From: Eledone cirrhosa | Taxonomy: Eukaryota | NCBI GenBank assembly: GCA_964016885.1 | Contig: OZ024758.1 | Location: 30,876,001-30,940,000, forward strand | DNA: 64,000 nt | Reading direction: 5' to 3' | Shown here: positions 13,003-26,415 of the stretch, one piece after another | Numbering within the stretch: the stretch's first letter is position 1 | Layout: each line of letters starts with the position of its first letter | Notes under the pieces: generated by a model | The model's input: only the letters and a program-made list of their open reading frames with translations | Told to the model about the DNA's origin: nothing | The model's database searches: none | Made by a program: the position numbers and the translations under genes

Positions 13003-14068
13003 TTATATGAATTCTTATGGCATTTTACGCAGTTTATATTCTATTGTATTATATATATATATCTATTTCAAAGTTGCATATGGCTAATTTATATAGTTTT
13101 ATTCTACTTGTCTACTTGTCTACTTTTGCTATTTAATGGTACCTGCATTATATAAACTAGACTTGAATACGGTTTTATAAAATATTACCTCCTTACAACC
13201 TTCTTATTCAGTTGATTGAACTCAAAGAAATGAGAGTAACTGTAATAAGATACGTTAGCAAAAATATATCTATTCGAAAGAACGAAGTCTTCAACTTCGG
13301 AAGCTCAGATATAAACAATATATCCTAGTATTGAGAATTTGACAATTTTAAATTGGTTCTTGAAACAGTATTAAGGGTTAGTATGATGTAGTTCTAGTGA
13401 TGTAAATTGAAATCAGTTTTATAATCACTTACGTAGTTGCCACTTAAAAGCTTTATTGAAAAGAATTCTAGTCCAACAGTTCCTTGTAAGTAAATGTTAA
13501 GTTATTTGGAAGCTAACGCTTTTTAGGGATGAATTTAAATTCTTATATAGCTTTGTAAAGAATAAGAGTACTTAACCACCTGTTGATGCTAAAGTGCTTA
13601 CGACATGGGGAATTTAGTGGCATTTCAACATTTGTCTCAGTGCAACTACACTATGTTATCTTAACATTAAATCATAGATTTGTCATTTTCTTCACCTACG
13701 GAAGGTGCGGGAAAAAAATTAATTAAAAAATCAATAAAGACTAAAATTATTTTCGCTTTTAATAAAATCAAGTTTTATTTGACACATTCCCGTTTATCTC
13801 AATGAGAATGCTTCAGTACTTGAAAATAGATTAACGCGTCTGAAATAGCCAAATCTATAGGCATTGACAACGAGATAATTAAAACCACTGATTAAGGGCT
13901 TGTAGAAATGAACAGTCCAGGAAGAATTCAAAAGTATTTAATATATGGCATGTGAAGAGTATTTAATGCTCAATGCAATTTAGTTCCGCAGAATATAATC
14001 TCACATGGGCTTGTCAGTGAAGGACAATTGATTCAAAAGAACCTAGTACTTGAACATCATCCTTCTTC

Positions 14069-14153
14069 TAAGGCAATACGTATACTGTATTAGTATAAAT
14101 ATTTGATTAGGGTTATATATATATATATAGATATATATATATATGGGGGGGGG

Positions 14154-14191
<38 letters not shown>

Positions 14192-14264
14192 TTGTGTGTG
14201 CGCGTGTATGTGTATATAACCCTAAGCAAATATTTATACTAATACAGTATACGTCATTGCTTTA
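14069..14264. repeat. Inverted repeat of about 50 bp enclosing TA/TG microsatellite
   Basis: ACGTATACTGTATTAGTATAAATATTTG...TAGGGTTATA and its reverse complement. Confidence 0.85.
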
Positions 14265-14524
14265 GGGTCATTGTGTTAGCTGGCTAGTTATCCAACTAAC
14301 CGAGAACGAAGGACAACCATGGAGAAATATATGAACTCTCCTCTCTAAATGTTAAAACTAATAATTTTTCTTCCCCTTTTTATTATTCGTATAAATATGC
14401 AACGTAACTGCATTATGCACATCCGCAGTTGAAAAGCATATAATGCTGAAACCGGTGCCACTATTAAATGCGGAAATATCCACTTCATAAATATTTTGAT
14501 ATTATACTGAAAAATCTCTCCAGC

Positions 14525-14840
14525 AGTCAGTGCACGATGTTTGGGGAAGTATGTGGGAAGTCAGTGCACGATCCTTGAGCTCTTGCCGTTTCAACTGACA
14601 CAGAGGAGACTGAGGTTAGCTGGACATGCTCACCGACATCCAGAGTTGACATTGCACTCAGTGCTCCTGTGGGAGTCCCTACATGGATACACTGGAAGAG
14701 GAAGACCAAGGTTAACGTATGTTGATGCCCTAAGGACGGACAGACACTGGTCTGTTGGAGACGCAGGACATGGCAGCGATAATGAGGGACAGAGACCGCT
14801 GGAGAGAACTCGTCCATGGATCTCGCGAATTTTACCCACC
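14525..14840 (+). mobile_element. RTE-group LINE 3' fragment
   Basis: RRLRLAGHAHRHPEL...LLWESLHGYTGRGRPRLTYVDAL. Confidence 0.8.
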
Positions 14841-14984
14841 CTAGATATATATATATATGTATTTTATATTATAGATATATCATATGTATATTATATTATA
14901 TACATATATACATTATATATATATATAAATACATATGTATAATATATATATATATTATATACATAAATATCATCAATCATCTCT

Positions 14985-15155
14985 ATTATGTGACGTCATC
15001 ACTCCTTCCTCAGTCATCTCTAGTATGTGACGTCATCACCCCTTCCTTCTTCAGTCATCTCTAGTGCGTGACGTCATCACCCCTTCCTTCCTCAGTCATC
15101 TCTAGTGTGTGACGTCATCACCTCTTCCTTCCTCAGTCCTCTTTAGTGTGTGACG
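14985..15155. repeat. Minisatellite of about 41 bp containing TGACGTCA
   Basis: GTGACGTCATCACCCCTTCCTTCCTCAGTCATCTCTAGT four times plus a partial unit. Confidence 0.9.
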
Positions 15156-15471
15156 GAAGGGCGGACGGTCGGATGTCGCTCACATTTATATATAACTTGA
15201 ATGAGATCCAAGATATTATTGGTAGGGGGAGTTCATAAAATATCGGGATGTTCGACTGATGTCAGGTGATTTTATTTGTTTTCTTTTCTGTTTTTTTCTT
15301 TTTTTAATTTTTATTCATTTTTTATTTTTTATTCAAAAATTATATATTTCATAAAGTTACGCTGATCGATGATAAAAATCCCATAAAATCGATGTTAAGC
15401 GATCTTGAAACAATTCTTCAAATTATAATTTATAATTTGTAGTAATTTACTCAGCCACAGCTCTAGATAAA

Positions 15472-15651
15472 TAATTGTTTCTACTTTGGCACAAGGCCAG
15501 CAATTACTCAGTACATTACTGGTACTTTATTTTATCGACCTCGTAAGGATGAAAGTCAAAGTTAACCTCGGCGGGATTTGAACTCAGAATGGCAAGGGGC
15601 GTAACTCTATGCGTCAAAGCATGGCGTCCGTCTCTCTACCGATACTGCCAA
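15472..15651 (-). mobile_element. tRNA-derived SINE
   Basis: Near full match to the copies at 43632-44027. Confidence 0.85.
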
Positions 15652-17053
15652 AATGCAATAACAAAGCTTATGTAGTTGAACATGATGGTATGACTGATAC
15701 TATAAAAAATGACCTAGTGTATCACTGACTATTGATGTATATGTTGATATTGAAGAGCTCAAATCTCCCTTACTTATGATTTGTTATACGGTACTATTGT
15801 GGGGGAAAACCCAGAACACCCCCGCATAACTAAAAGTGGACTAGGCGAAAAGTCTATCAATAATAACTGAAGTGAAACTGTCAGGTAGACTATGTGTAAG
15901 GAGTCTCGTTGTAGTCTCACGTTGGTAGTTTGGAATTACGCCTGGTGAATATTTGGGTTTACCATCGTTTCGTACATGTATCCTAAACAGGTGCGTCACA
16001 CCATCATAGCAGCTACAAATAATCTCTGAAAATGACGTATCTCTCGGCTGTTAGATACCGTGTAATAGAGGATAAGCAATTGCTGCATAGAAATACACTC
16101 GTTTTGTCTTTTTAAGTTAATATTGACTGGAGCTACAACAGATTAAGATTGATAGCTATAAGACTTCAGCAAGTATTGCTAAAATTATGATACGAGTATA
16201 GTTAAATATGTGAGCATGCCTTACGTATATTTATTGCGGATGACTGGTTTAGATTAGAATGTATTTTGCTCCATTTCATCTGATCTCGAATGAGTTAACT
16301 TCTTCTATTTGAAACAAGCTTTCAAACGAATTTAACAGACTAGTAACTTGCGAAACAATGTTATTACTTATAATAGTGGAACTTATTTATAAGTGAGAAA
16401 ATAACTCTGTGGTAGGTGAATTATTGGGAAAAACAACAGTGTAGAAATTGAGCGTGTAAGTGCGAATTTATGACAATAAATTATCTCTATTGTTTTCAAT
16501 TCCGGAAACCATCAAATTTGAAGAAGTGAACACCGAAGGAAGCTTTTAAAATATGCTACAAGCTGGCTTTCGTAAATATGCCATTAAAGGTTACATACAT
16601 TTTGAAATTAAGCAAGAGCAATGGAATTCAATGACATATATGACAGAGTAAGGAAATATAGTTTTGTATCGAGAAGATAAATGGCATTTATTTCTATAAA
16701 ACAATTCCTGTTTACAACTGCAAGAACTAAACATCATTAAGTTAATCTATAAATGTGTTTTCTAGATAAGCAGGAAAACCACAACAAAGAGGGATAAATC
16801 ATGTTTCAAGCTTCTTCAAATGAAATGCTAATATAATTTTTATAACTCTACACGGGGTCAAAACAGTGAAAATGAACAGAGATTTTACACAAAATCACTT
16901 CTCTGCTACAATACATTTGTTATTTGTGTTACTCTACTTAAGTAGAAATCATCATCATCATCAATATTATTATTATTATTATTATTATTTGCATTTATCT
17001 TGCTTTATGTTTATACGACTTATCACCAAGTCACAACCAGTGACCTCAAGAGA

Positions 17054-17131
<78 letters not shown>

Positions 17132-17137
17132 TATTAT

Positions 17138-20100
17138 TGTGGATTGGGGAGAAGGGTGCAAGAGCCTCACCAACCTGCTCAGACGTTTTGAACTGTCTGA
17201 CAGGTATCGACTGGATCACCCGAATGTGCCAATGTGGACATGGACAAACCGCATCGGGTCATCCAGATCGTATCTCGATAAGGTATTCTGCAGAGAACTA
17301 GATAAGGCTAGTACAAGTTGTCCACAATTTAAAATAGTCGAATACACAGGCCACAAATTTGTGATCTGTGAGATCGATATAGACAGACTTCATAGACAAG
17401 GGCCCGGTTACTGGAAGCTGAACGCGTCTTTCCCGGCGCGCAAAGCCTACAGAGACCGGATTAGCGTATTAGTTAAGCGGGCGTTGACGGGAGCGGTCGT
17501 CAACAACAGGTGGTGGTTCGCCCTGATAAGGGCAATTAAAGTAGAGTCGATTAGGTTTAGCAAAAGACTAGTGATAGAGGAAAATAGAGTAGAGGGAGAG
17601 TTAGTTAGAAAGCCAGAAGAGGCGTTTAGGACAGGCATCGCAACCGACGTGCTTGCGGCGAGATTGGCACTCGACCAATTCTTCAACGCAAAACACGAAG
17701 GCTGCGATGTCAGAGCTAGAGCGCGTGCTCTGAAACACGTGGCGACAAAAGCCGTCCAATGCCGGGTGGCAGAGGCGCGACGTGGCAACAAAGCCACAAT
17801 TCGGTCTTTGTCTGACCAAAACGGGTGCGTGTTGCTCGAACCCGAGCAGATGTGTGAAGCTTTTCAGCAGCACTTTGCTGAACTGTTCGGGAGCAGCGGC
17901 GGCCCGGATCGGGCATGGACTTCAGTGCATGCCTCGACGGCTGCCTCGGCTCTCGACGACCGCAGCATAGTGTTGCGAAAAGCCAATAACAGGCGGTGAA
18001 ATACGGGAAGCGATGGCTAACTGCTCGAGGGGTAAATCGCCAGGTTTGGATGGTCTGCCCTACGTGCTTTATGCATGTACGCCAGACTTGTTCGGTGACC
18101 TCTTGTTCGGTGACCTACTGCAACTGGCAGCAGAACGGGAGCATTTCCAGTTTTGTGAGCCGGGGAGCAGTGGCGCTGCTGAGAAAAGACCCGAACAAGG
18201 GGGATGTTATCGATAATTTCAGGCCCTTAACCCTGCTAAACGCAGAGTTCAAGATTTTGGCCAAGGTGTTAGCAACGAGGTTGGCGCTTGTCGTCAAGGG
18301 TCTGGTGGGAGAGGTGCAGACATGCGCCATTCCGGACAGATCGATACACGACAACCTCCACCTCACCTCATGGGATACATCATAGAGAGGGTGGTTAAGG
18401 AACCTGGCACGGGTGGGGCCATGATCAACTTGGATCAACCCAAAGCATTCGATAGGGTCGACCATCGGTACTTGGCGGCGGTCCTAGAGGCAGCCGGTTT
18501 CGGGCCCGTTTTCAGGGATTGGATCGCTACGATGTACAGCGACATCTGCTCAGTTGTGAGGGTGAACGGTCACCTGTCGCAGCCGTTCAGCATCATGCAC
18601 CCAGTCCGCTAGGGTTGTCCCCTCTCGTCCCTATTCTACGTATTGGCTCTCGAGCCGTTACTGCACAAACTGGAGGCGATGAGAGGCGTCCCACGCGAAC
18701 TAGGATGCGGGAAATCCGAGTCGGCTTACGCCGACGATGTCACCGTATTGGTGTCAAACACCAGACACGTCCAGATGTTCGGCACCGCTCTCAAGGAATA
18801 CGAAGCAGTGACAGGAGCAAAGATAAATCAGGAAAAGTCGGTGGGCTTGCAGCTCGGCACCTGGAGAGGCAAGTCCATACCGACCGACAGCGTCGTGGGC
18901 CGTTGGACGAACGGACCGGTTAAATTGCTCGGGGTCTGGTTCGGACCGGACCTCCAGATGGAGAAAAACTGAAACGAGGTGACGAGCAGGGTGGCCTCCC
19001 TCACCCAGAAATGGTCCGAGGGGAAGCTGTCCCTGAAAGGCCGGGCGGAGGTGGCGAATGCGTACATCGCATCCGTCATCTGCTACCGCCTCACCGTCGT
19101 CCCTTGCCCCGGCCCAACTCTCACCAAAATGGAGGGCCTCCTCTTCCGCTTTTTGTGGAAGGGACGCGCTCCCATGGTCAGACGATCCATCTGCTGTCAA
19201 CACCCGTTGCGTGGAGGACTGGGCATGCCATGGCTGATGATGCGCAAACATGCGCTGAGGCTGCGACACATCTGGTGCTTCCTTGACGGTGAACAGGTGT
19301 GGTCGCCGTTCGCCAGGCACGTTTTCCCACAGCTCGTCTCCTTGACGGAGCTGCAGTCCTGGGTCAGAAAAAACTGAGGGATAGCGCTTGGAAACTGGAA
19401 TGTCTCAAGGGGCTCACTGCCTTCTGCCAGCTGGGCACCAGTATCGGTGGAACATCCACCTCGGCGTTCTATAGAGGACTAGTGGAGGGGAAGAGCGATG
19501 ACGTTCTCGGAGAGATCCTGGGGGTCGAAGAAGATCAGCTGTTTGCTCTCTTCCGGAGAACTTTCAGCCCAGGGCCTATGGATAACTTCCAAAAATCCCT
19601 GGCCTGGCAGTGCTACCGGGGAGCGCTGTCGGTTCGAGATAAGCTCTACAGGCACGGAAGTGCCGTCAGCCGAGCCTGTCCGAGATGCGTGCAGAGCGAC
19701 GAAACCGTCGTGCACGCACTCGTTCAGTGCCTGAGCATTGCTGACTTGTGGAGCTATGTCGAACCGTTGCTGTCGCGTGTAGGACTGATCCGGTTATCGA
19801 CTGAGTCAATTGTGCAGATGGTCAAGCCGTCTTCCTTCAAGGAGGAAGGGCAGGCGGTTTTCATCTTCCTGGTGGCCATGGCGAAAGAGATTGTGTGGTG
19901 GACAAGGTTGAAAGGGTTAAAGACAGATACTTTTCTCTTCGGCGAATCCCTAATTAACTTTTTCAAGTTTCACTTGAAGAGGAAAATCAGGGTGGAGAGG
20001 CAAGTGCTGCTTTCTAGCAAGTTTGTTGAAAGGTGGCTGAATGTAGCGAGAATGGTCCGAGTGAATATACGCCTGTAGTTTGAGAAATGGAAATATTGAG

Positions 20101-20378
20101 AGAGGGCGCTTGACCTGGTGGTCAGCGTGGCCGTGGTCTTTTGTGTGGTTTTCGCCACGAGTAACCCTCGGAGGTTTCCCCCCTATTGGGGAATTTTTCA
20201 TTGTTTCAATTTTCATTTTTATTGTTTATATATATGTTTCTATGACCTTTTTTTAATTTTCTTATATAAATAATAAAAATCTTTATACGCACAAAACCCA
20301 CATCGTACCGTCCTGTACCGTCCTGTGCCGTATGTGATGTTTTTCTTGATGTCAGCCCTTGTGACCAATAAAGAAATC
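17138..20378 (+). mobile_element. 5'-truncated degenerate Tx1/L1-group non-LTR retrotransposon (ORF2: APE C-terminus, RT, Cys-rich C-terminus)
   Basis: SYLDKVF, GPGYWKLN, KSPGLDGLP, NFRPLTLLNAEFKILAKVL, DQPKAFDRVDH, YADD, GGLG, CPRC..ETVVHALVQC across frameshifts and stops; AATAAA near 20367. Confidence 0.9.
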
Positions 20379-20395
20379 ATTATTATTCTTTATTA

Positions 20396-20592
20396 TGGTG
20401 ATGAATTGGCAGTATCGGTAGAGGGTTGGACGCCATGCTTCCTAGCATAGTTACGTCCCTTTACAATCTGAGTTCAAATCCCGCCGAGGTTAACTTTGCC
20501 TTTCATCCTTACGGGGTCGATAAAATAAAGTACCAGTAATGTACTGGTTAATTGCTGGCCTTGTGCCTAAAGTAGAAACAATTATTATTATT
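20396..20592 (+). mobile_element. tRNA-derived SINE with (ATT)n tail
   Basis: A-box-like TGGCAGTATCGG, B-box-like GAGTTCAAATCC, tail GGCCTTGTGCCTAAAGTAGAAACAATTATT. Confidence 0.88.
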
Positions 20593-23500
20593 CTTTGAGT
20601 CTCAGTCATTGATGTTAGTTAACTGGAAAGTTTGTTGAAATGAATATCAAGCCACTATCTGCAGCCTCAGATATTCAGGACGTATCGGAGAGTTCTTGCT
20701 GTTCCCAGCAAGCATGCCTTTTGAAGTGTTCCAAAAAGCAGGGCGCGGCCAATTTTCTTTAACCATCCCTGGAAACTTTTTAAGATAGTACCTAGTGCGC
20801 CTATGACAATCGGGACCATTTTCACTTCATGGCAGTTCCAAATCCTTTTTACCTCCCACTTTAAGTCCTGGTATCGGTTAATTTTCTCCCTCTCCTTCTC
20901 TTGCACTCTCGTGTGGAATGGGCAGGCCACATCCACAACCAGGCACCGTCTTTTTTCCTTGTCCAAAACCACCAGTGTTCCAGTTTCTTGTCCGTCTGTA
21001 TCCTAAAATCCCACAGCACCTTCACCTGATAGTTTTCTATCACCGAATATGGCTTATGCTCATACCACTTCTCAGAATGTGGTAAATTTTTTACTTTGCA
21101 TAGATGCCAGTCGATCACCCTGCCCTTCACATAATGTCTCCAGCCTTTATAGTGAGTCTGGGCTAGGTGTCTACACTCGGATACAATGTGAGCCACAGTC
21201 TCCTCTCTTTCTCCACAGATCCTGCACAGTGGGCTAGCCTCCTCCTTGTAAATATGGTGTTTCAGTCACTTCGTTTTGAGGGCCTGCTCTTGCGCAGCCA
21301 TTAGCATTCCTTCTGTAGCCTTTTTAAGGTCTCCTCTTCTCAACCAGTTCCATGTCTGTGGATATCTAAATTCAGTTTTCTCAAAGAAGGTACTATGAAG
21401 GGACTTTTCATGAAGGTTGCTCTTTCTCCTCGTTGATATTTCCTCCTTGGACATCCCCTGGTCTACTGTCCTCTTCTTCAGTACAATTCTGAGCATTGGC
21501 TCCTTACTATCGGTCACGTATTTGTGTAGGTTGTTTTTCTCCATCTGAACACAGTCCTCTATGCTGATAAGACCTCTTCCACCTTCAGATCTCCTTAAGT
21601 AGAGTCTATCGACATCACTCCTCTTGTGGAACATGTTGTAGATAGTCAATAGTTTCCTAGTCTTCCTATCCATTTCTTTTTGTTCAGCAACATTCCATCT
21701 CAGAATTCCCGCACTGTACCTAAGAATAGACACAGCTCGGGAATTTACTGCACTTATGGCATTCCTACTGTTCAGATGTGACTTTAATACGCTCCTTATT
21801 CTCCGAATGTATTCATATCTTATCAATTCCTTCATTTTTTTGTTCTTGATGTCATCAGCCTCCAGAATACCCAAATACTTGTATCCTTCTTCAGTGTCAA
21901 TTTCCTTTATCATCTCACCTGTTGGTACCTGGATTCCGTTGCTTCTGCTCAATTTACCCCTCTTCATCACAAGGACTCCACACTTACTAATTAAAAATTG
22001 CATACATATATCATTGCTGAAAATACGGACACATCCAACTCCTTCTCGCTCTTCCCGAAGAGCTTAAGATCGTCCATGAAGAGGAGGTGATTGATGGTAA
22101 GCTCTCCCTTTCCCAACTTGTATCCTGCTCTCACTTTTCCCAGTATAATGGGCAAGGACAAACAACAGAGGGGACAGACTATCTCCCTGGAAGTTACCTC
22201 TCTTGATCTTCACGCCTCCCAAGGATTTTCCAGCTGATGTTAACTCTGTTTTCCAGGACTTCATACTTTTGCCCAACAACTGTCTGATGTTATCTGCCAC
22301 CTTGAAGATCTCTAGGCTTTTGGTGATCCAAGAATGAGGCACCATGTCAAATACCTTTTTGTAGTCTATCCATCCCATGGCAAGACCAGTGTGTCTCCTA
22401 TTGCAATTCCTCATTACCATCTTATCAATAAGTAACTGGTCCTTTGTACCACCGGACTTCTTTCGGCATCCTTTCTGTTCGTCCGGTAACAAGTTGTTTG
22501 TGTGGAGGTGATGGTAGATTTCCTCAGACACAATGCTTGTCAACAGTTTCCACATTACGGACAGACATGTGATAGGTCTATAGTTGGTAACATCATTACA
22601 CTTGATTCGGTCTTTCATTACCAGAACTGTTGTACCTTTTGTCAACCACTCTGGTACCTCACCTGACATCAAGCAGACATTGAACATGGTTGTCAGTTTC
22701 GGGTGGAGGGATGTTATATTTCTAATCCAATACCCCTGCACACCATCTGGGCCTGGTTATTTCCAGTTGGTTAGTTTTTTGGCCTGCCCCTTAAGAGTTT
22801 CAACTGTGATACTCAAATCAGTTTGTTGGTGTGCCTGTTCACTAATCTCCTTTTGTACTGTCTCAATCCACACTGCCTGGTCATTATGTTTAACATCCTG
22901 CTCCCATATTCCTCTCCAGAATGTCTTAGTTTGTTCCGCTTCAGGGATCAAATCGTTGCCTCTTTCTTTCTCTTCAAGCTGTCCAAACAACATCTTCTGG
23001 TTGTTTGCTTCAATGCGTTGCTTCAGTTCCTCTATGATAATATTTAGCTTTTTCCTCCTAGTTTTGTACTTTATTTCCAGTCTATTTTTAGTGGCCCATT
23101 CAGTAGGGACTCAAGCTTTCCAATGTCATTTCTCATTACTCTGATTTGACCATTCAGTTGTTTCTTCCACCAAGGTTCTGATCTTTCTTGTTTGTTGTTT
23201 CCTCTCGCTTTTATGCCAAGTAATTTCCTCACCGCATTTGCTGTTGCCTTGAGGATATTGTTGCACTGGTGAAGGCTCCTCGCCTCAAGGTATGGGATGA
23301 CTTTGTTTACCTTAGCTGTTGTTTCTTTTAACTTTTTCCTGTCTACAAATCTTAGGTTCATAGGTTTCCCACTATCATTGTTCAATTCATCTACCACTAA
23401 GTTTAGGATATCAACCAAATCTTGTCCTAGCCCGTCAGCATTCATCTCCTCAGTGGCCGTATCTCTGTTCCAGGTATTATTTATTTCAGCATTCAGATCA

Positions 23501-24000
23501 TTGTCTACTTCGGATCGTTCCTCCGTTCTCTCGACCTCTTCACTTTTATTTCCCACTGGCTCGTTTGCCTGGCATACTCCACTCTCCATTTCCAACCTAA
23601 TCAGTTCCTCCAGTTCCAGCTCGCTTATCCACCCATTAGTTCTTATCACCCGAGCCTGCCCGGCCAATTCTGTTCATCTAATTTAAATAGACCAATCTCG
23701 TTCCAGATGCTATGCATCCGTTTCCTATAGCCTTTCTCCTTGGGGTTACTCTTTATGTAACATTGCATAACAGTTCTATTCAATTCTTTCGTCCAGTTGG
23801 TTCTGGTCCCTTTCCTTCTTCTTCTTCCTCCGACACCAGCAGTATTTGGTTGACATCCAGGTCCCTGCTGCTGGGCCAGGGAGCACTTGCTGGGTGAGAG
23901 TCTGTCACATGACATTCCAGTCTCCACTTCCCCGTTATTCGAACTGTTTAGGTTCGACATTTAAACACTCTTGTCGAGGATTGGTGAATGTATGGTTACA
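20593..24000 (-). mobile_element. Near full-length degenerate R4/Dong-like non-LTR retrotransposon (RT plus restriction-like endonuclease)
   Basis: N-terminal WTKELN..GYRKRMHSIW; RT NYRPITCL, WIDYKKVFDMVPH, QGDSLSPLLF, YKYLG; zinc knuckle and RLE VLWDF, VDVACP, KINRYQDL; several frameshifts; (AAT)n tail. Confidence 0.9.
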
Positions 24001-24201
24001 TAACCACCGGTGATTTCATCACCCCCGGTGATTTTAGTGTGGCCCTATCACGCTGTAGACGAACATAAATAAACAAACAAAGAAATAGGTAAAAACCCCC
24101 CAAAAAAGAATAAGCATAAGTTTCATTGTAATGTAATGTTTGAATGTCTGACTTAGTTTTTTTTTCTTCTCTGTCTGTCTGTTTGTTATTATTATTATTA
24201 T

Positions 24202-24320
24202 TCATCCTTACGGGGTCGATAAAATAAAGTACCAGTAATACACTGGGTAATTGCTGGCCTTGTGCCTAACGTAGAAACAATTATTATTATTATTATTATT
24301 ATTATTATTGTTATTGTTAT
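24202..24320 (+). mobile_element. 5'-truncated SINE with (ATT)n tail
   Basis: TCATCCTTACGGGGTCGATAAAATAAAGTACC...GTAGAAACAATTATT. Confidence 0.8.
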
Positions 24321-25823
24321 TCCTTGAATCTCAGTCATTGATGTTGGTTAACTGGAAAGTCCGTTGGATTGAATATCAAGCCACTACCTGCAGCCTCAGA
24401 TATTCAGGACGTATCGGAGGGTTCTTGCCGTTCCAAGCAAGCATGCCTTTTGAAGCGTTCCAAAAAGCGTGAAGGGGCCGATTTTCTTTAACCATCCCTG
24501 GAAACCTTTGGAGATAGTCCCCAGTGCGCCTATGACAATCGGGATCACTTTGACTTCATGGCAGTTCCAAATCCTTTTCACCTCCCACTTTAGGTCCTGG
24601 TATCGGTTAATTTTCTCCCTCTCCTTCTCTTGCACTCTCGTGTCGAACGGGCAGGCCACATCCACAATCAGGCACGATCTTTTTTCTTTGTCCACAACCA
24701 CCAGGTCAGGTCTATTGTGTTCCAGTTTTTTGTCCGTCTGTATCCTAAAATCCCACAGCACCTTCACCTGACTGTTCTCCATCACCGCCTCTGGCCTATG
24801 CTCATACCATTTCTCAGAATGTGGTAGATTGTTTACTTTGCACAGGTGCCAGTGGATCACCCTGCCCATCACATCGTGTCTCCAGCCCTTATAGTGGGTC
24901 TGGGCTAGGTGTTTACACTCGGACACAATGTGAGCCACAGTCTCCTCTCTCTCTCCACAGATCCTGCACAGTGGGCTAGCCTCCTCCTTGTAGATATGGT
25001 GCTTCAACCACTTCGTTTTGAGGGCCTGCTCCTGCGCAGCCATTAGCATTCCTTCTGTAGCCTTTTTGAGGTCTCCTCTTCTCAACCAGTTCCATGTCTG
25101 TGGATCTCTAAATTCAGTTTTCTCAAAGAAGGTACTATGAAGGGATTTTCCCTTAAGGCTGCTCTTCCTCCTTGATGTTATTTCCTCCTTGGGTATCCCC
25201 TGGCCTACTGTCCCCTCCTTCAGTACAGCTCTGAGCATTGGCTCCTTACTATAGGTCACGTATTTGTATAGGTTGTTTTTCTCCATCTGAACACAGTCCT
25301 CTATGCTGATAAGACCTCTTCCACCCTCAGATCTCCTTAGGTAGAGTCTATCGACATCACTCCTCTTGTGGAACATGTTGTAGATAGTCAATAGCTTCCT
25401 AGTCTTCCTATCCATTTCTTTTTGTTCAGCAACATTCCATCTCAGAATTCCCGCACTGTACCTAATAATAGACACAGCTCGGGAATTTACTGCGCTTATG
25501 GCATTTCTGCTGTTCAGATGTGACTTCAATACGCTCCTTACTCTCCGAATGTATTCAGTTCTTAACAATTCCTTCATTTTTTTGTTCTTTATGCCATCAG
25601 CCTCCAGAACGCCCAAATACTTGTATCCTTCCTCAGAGTCAATTTCCTTTATCATCTCACCTGTTGGTATCTGGATCCCGTTACTTCTGCTCAACCTACC
25701 CCTCCTCATCACAATGACTCCACATTTACCAATACCAAACTGCATACATATATCACTGCTGAAAATACGGACAGTGTCAACAAGCACATCCAACTCCTTC
25801 TCACTTTTCCCGAAGAGCTTAAG
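24321..25823 (-). mobile_element. 5'-truncated R4/Dong-like copy with uninterrupted reading frame
   Basis: ORF 24396-25919 after the poly-N run: LKLFGKS, YKYLG, CRIC..ETVAHIVSEC, RHD, RPDLVVVD, DVACP; (AAT)n on both sides. Confidence 0.92.
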
Positions 25824-25880
<57 letters not shown>

Positions 25881-25881
25881 A

Positions 25882-26080
25882 GGGCGGTGGATTAGCAGTA
25901 TCGGTAGAGCGTCGAACACTATGCTTCATAGCATATAATTACGGCCCTTTACGGTCTGAGTTCAAATCCCGCCAAGGTTAACTCTGCCTTTCATCCTTAC
26001 AGGGTCGATAAAATAAAGTACCAGTAATGTACTGGGTAATTGCTGGCCTTGTGCCTAAATTAGAAACAATTATTATTATT
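25882..26080 (+). mobile_element. Full-length tRNA-derived SINE
   Basis: GGGCGGTGGATTAGCAGTATCGG through TAGAAACAATTATTATT. Confidence 0.88.
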
Positions 26081-26238
26081 CTTTGAGTCTCAGTCATGGA
26101 TGTTAGTTAACTGGAAAGTTTGTTGAAATGAATATCAAGCCACTACCTGCAGCCTCAGATATTCAGGACGTATCGGAGAGTTCTTGCTGTTCCCAGCAAG
26201 CATGCCTTTTGAAGCATTCCAAAAAGTGTGGCGGGGCC
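26081..26238 (-). mobile_element. Short 3' end of the R4/Dong-like element
   Basis: Nearly identical to 20593-20750. Confidence 0.88.
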
Positions 26239-26415
26239 AAATAAAGTACCATTAAAGTACCAAATAAAGTACCATTAAAGTACCATTAAAGTACCATTAA
26301 AGTACCATTAAAGTACCAAATAAAGTACCAAACAAAGTACCAAATAAAGTACCATTAAAGTACCATTAAAGTACCATTAAAGTACCAAATAAAGTACCAA
26401 ATAAAGTACCATTAA
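26239..26415. repeat. 11/12-bp tandem repeat (ATTAAAGTACC / AAATAAAGTACC)
   Basis: About 15 units; matches the SINE-internal AAATAAAGTACC. Confidence 0.9.

Noticed and set aside
15680-16860. Possible hAT transposase relic (QWNSMTYM near 16620)
   Set aside because: Single weak motif, many stops, no TIRs found
16866-17137. N-terminal His/Tyr/Ile-rich part of the 377-aa ORF
   Set aside because: Flanking DNA and (ATT)n read in frame with the truncated Tx1-like ORF; not a real fusion gene
20396-20490. tRNA gene
   Set aside because: A/B-box head belongs to a high-copy SINE; no complete cloverleaf
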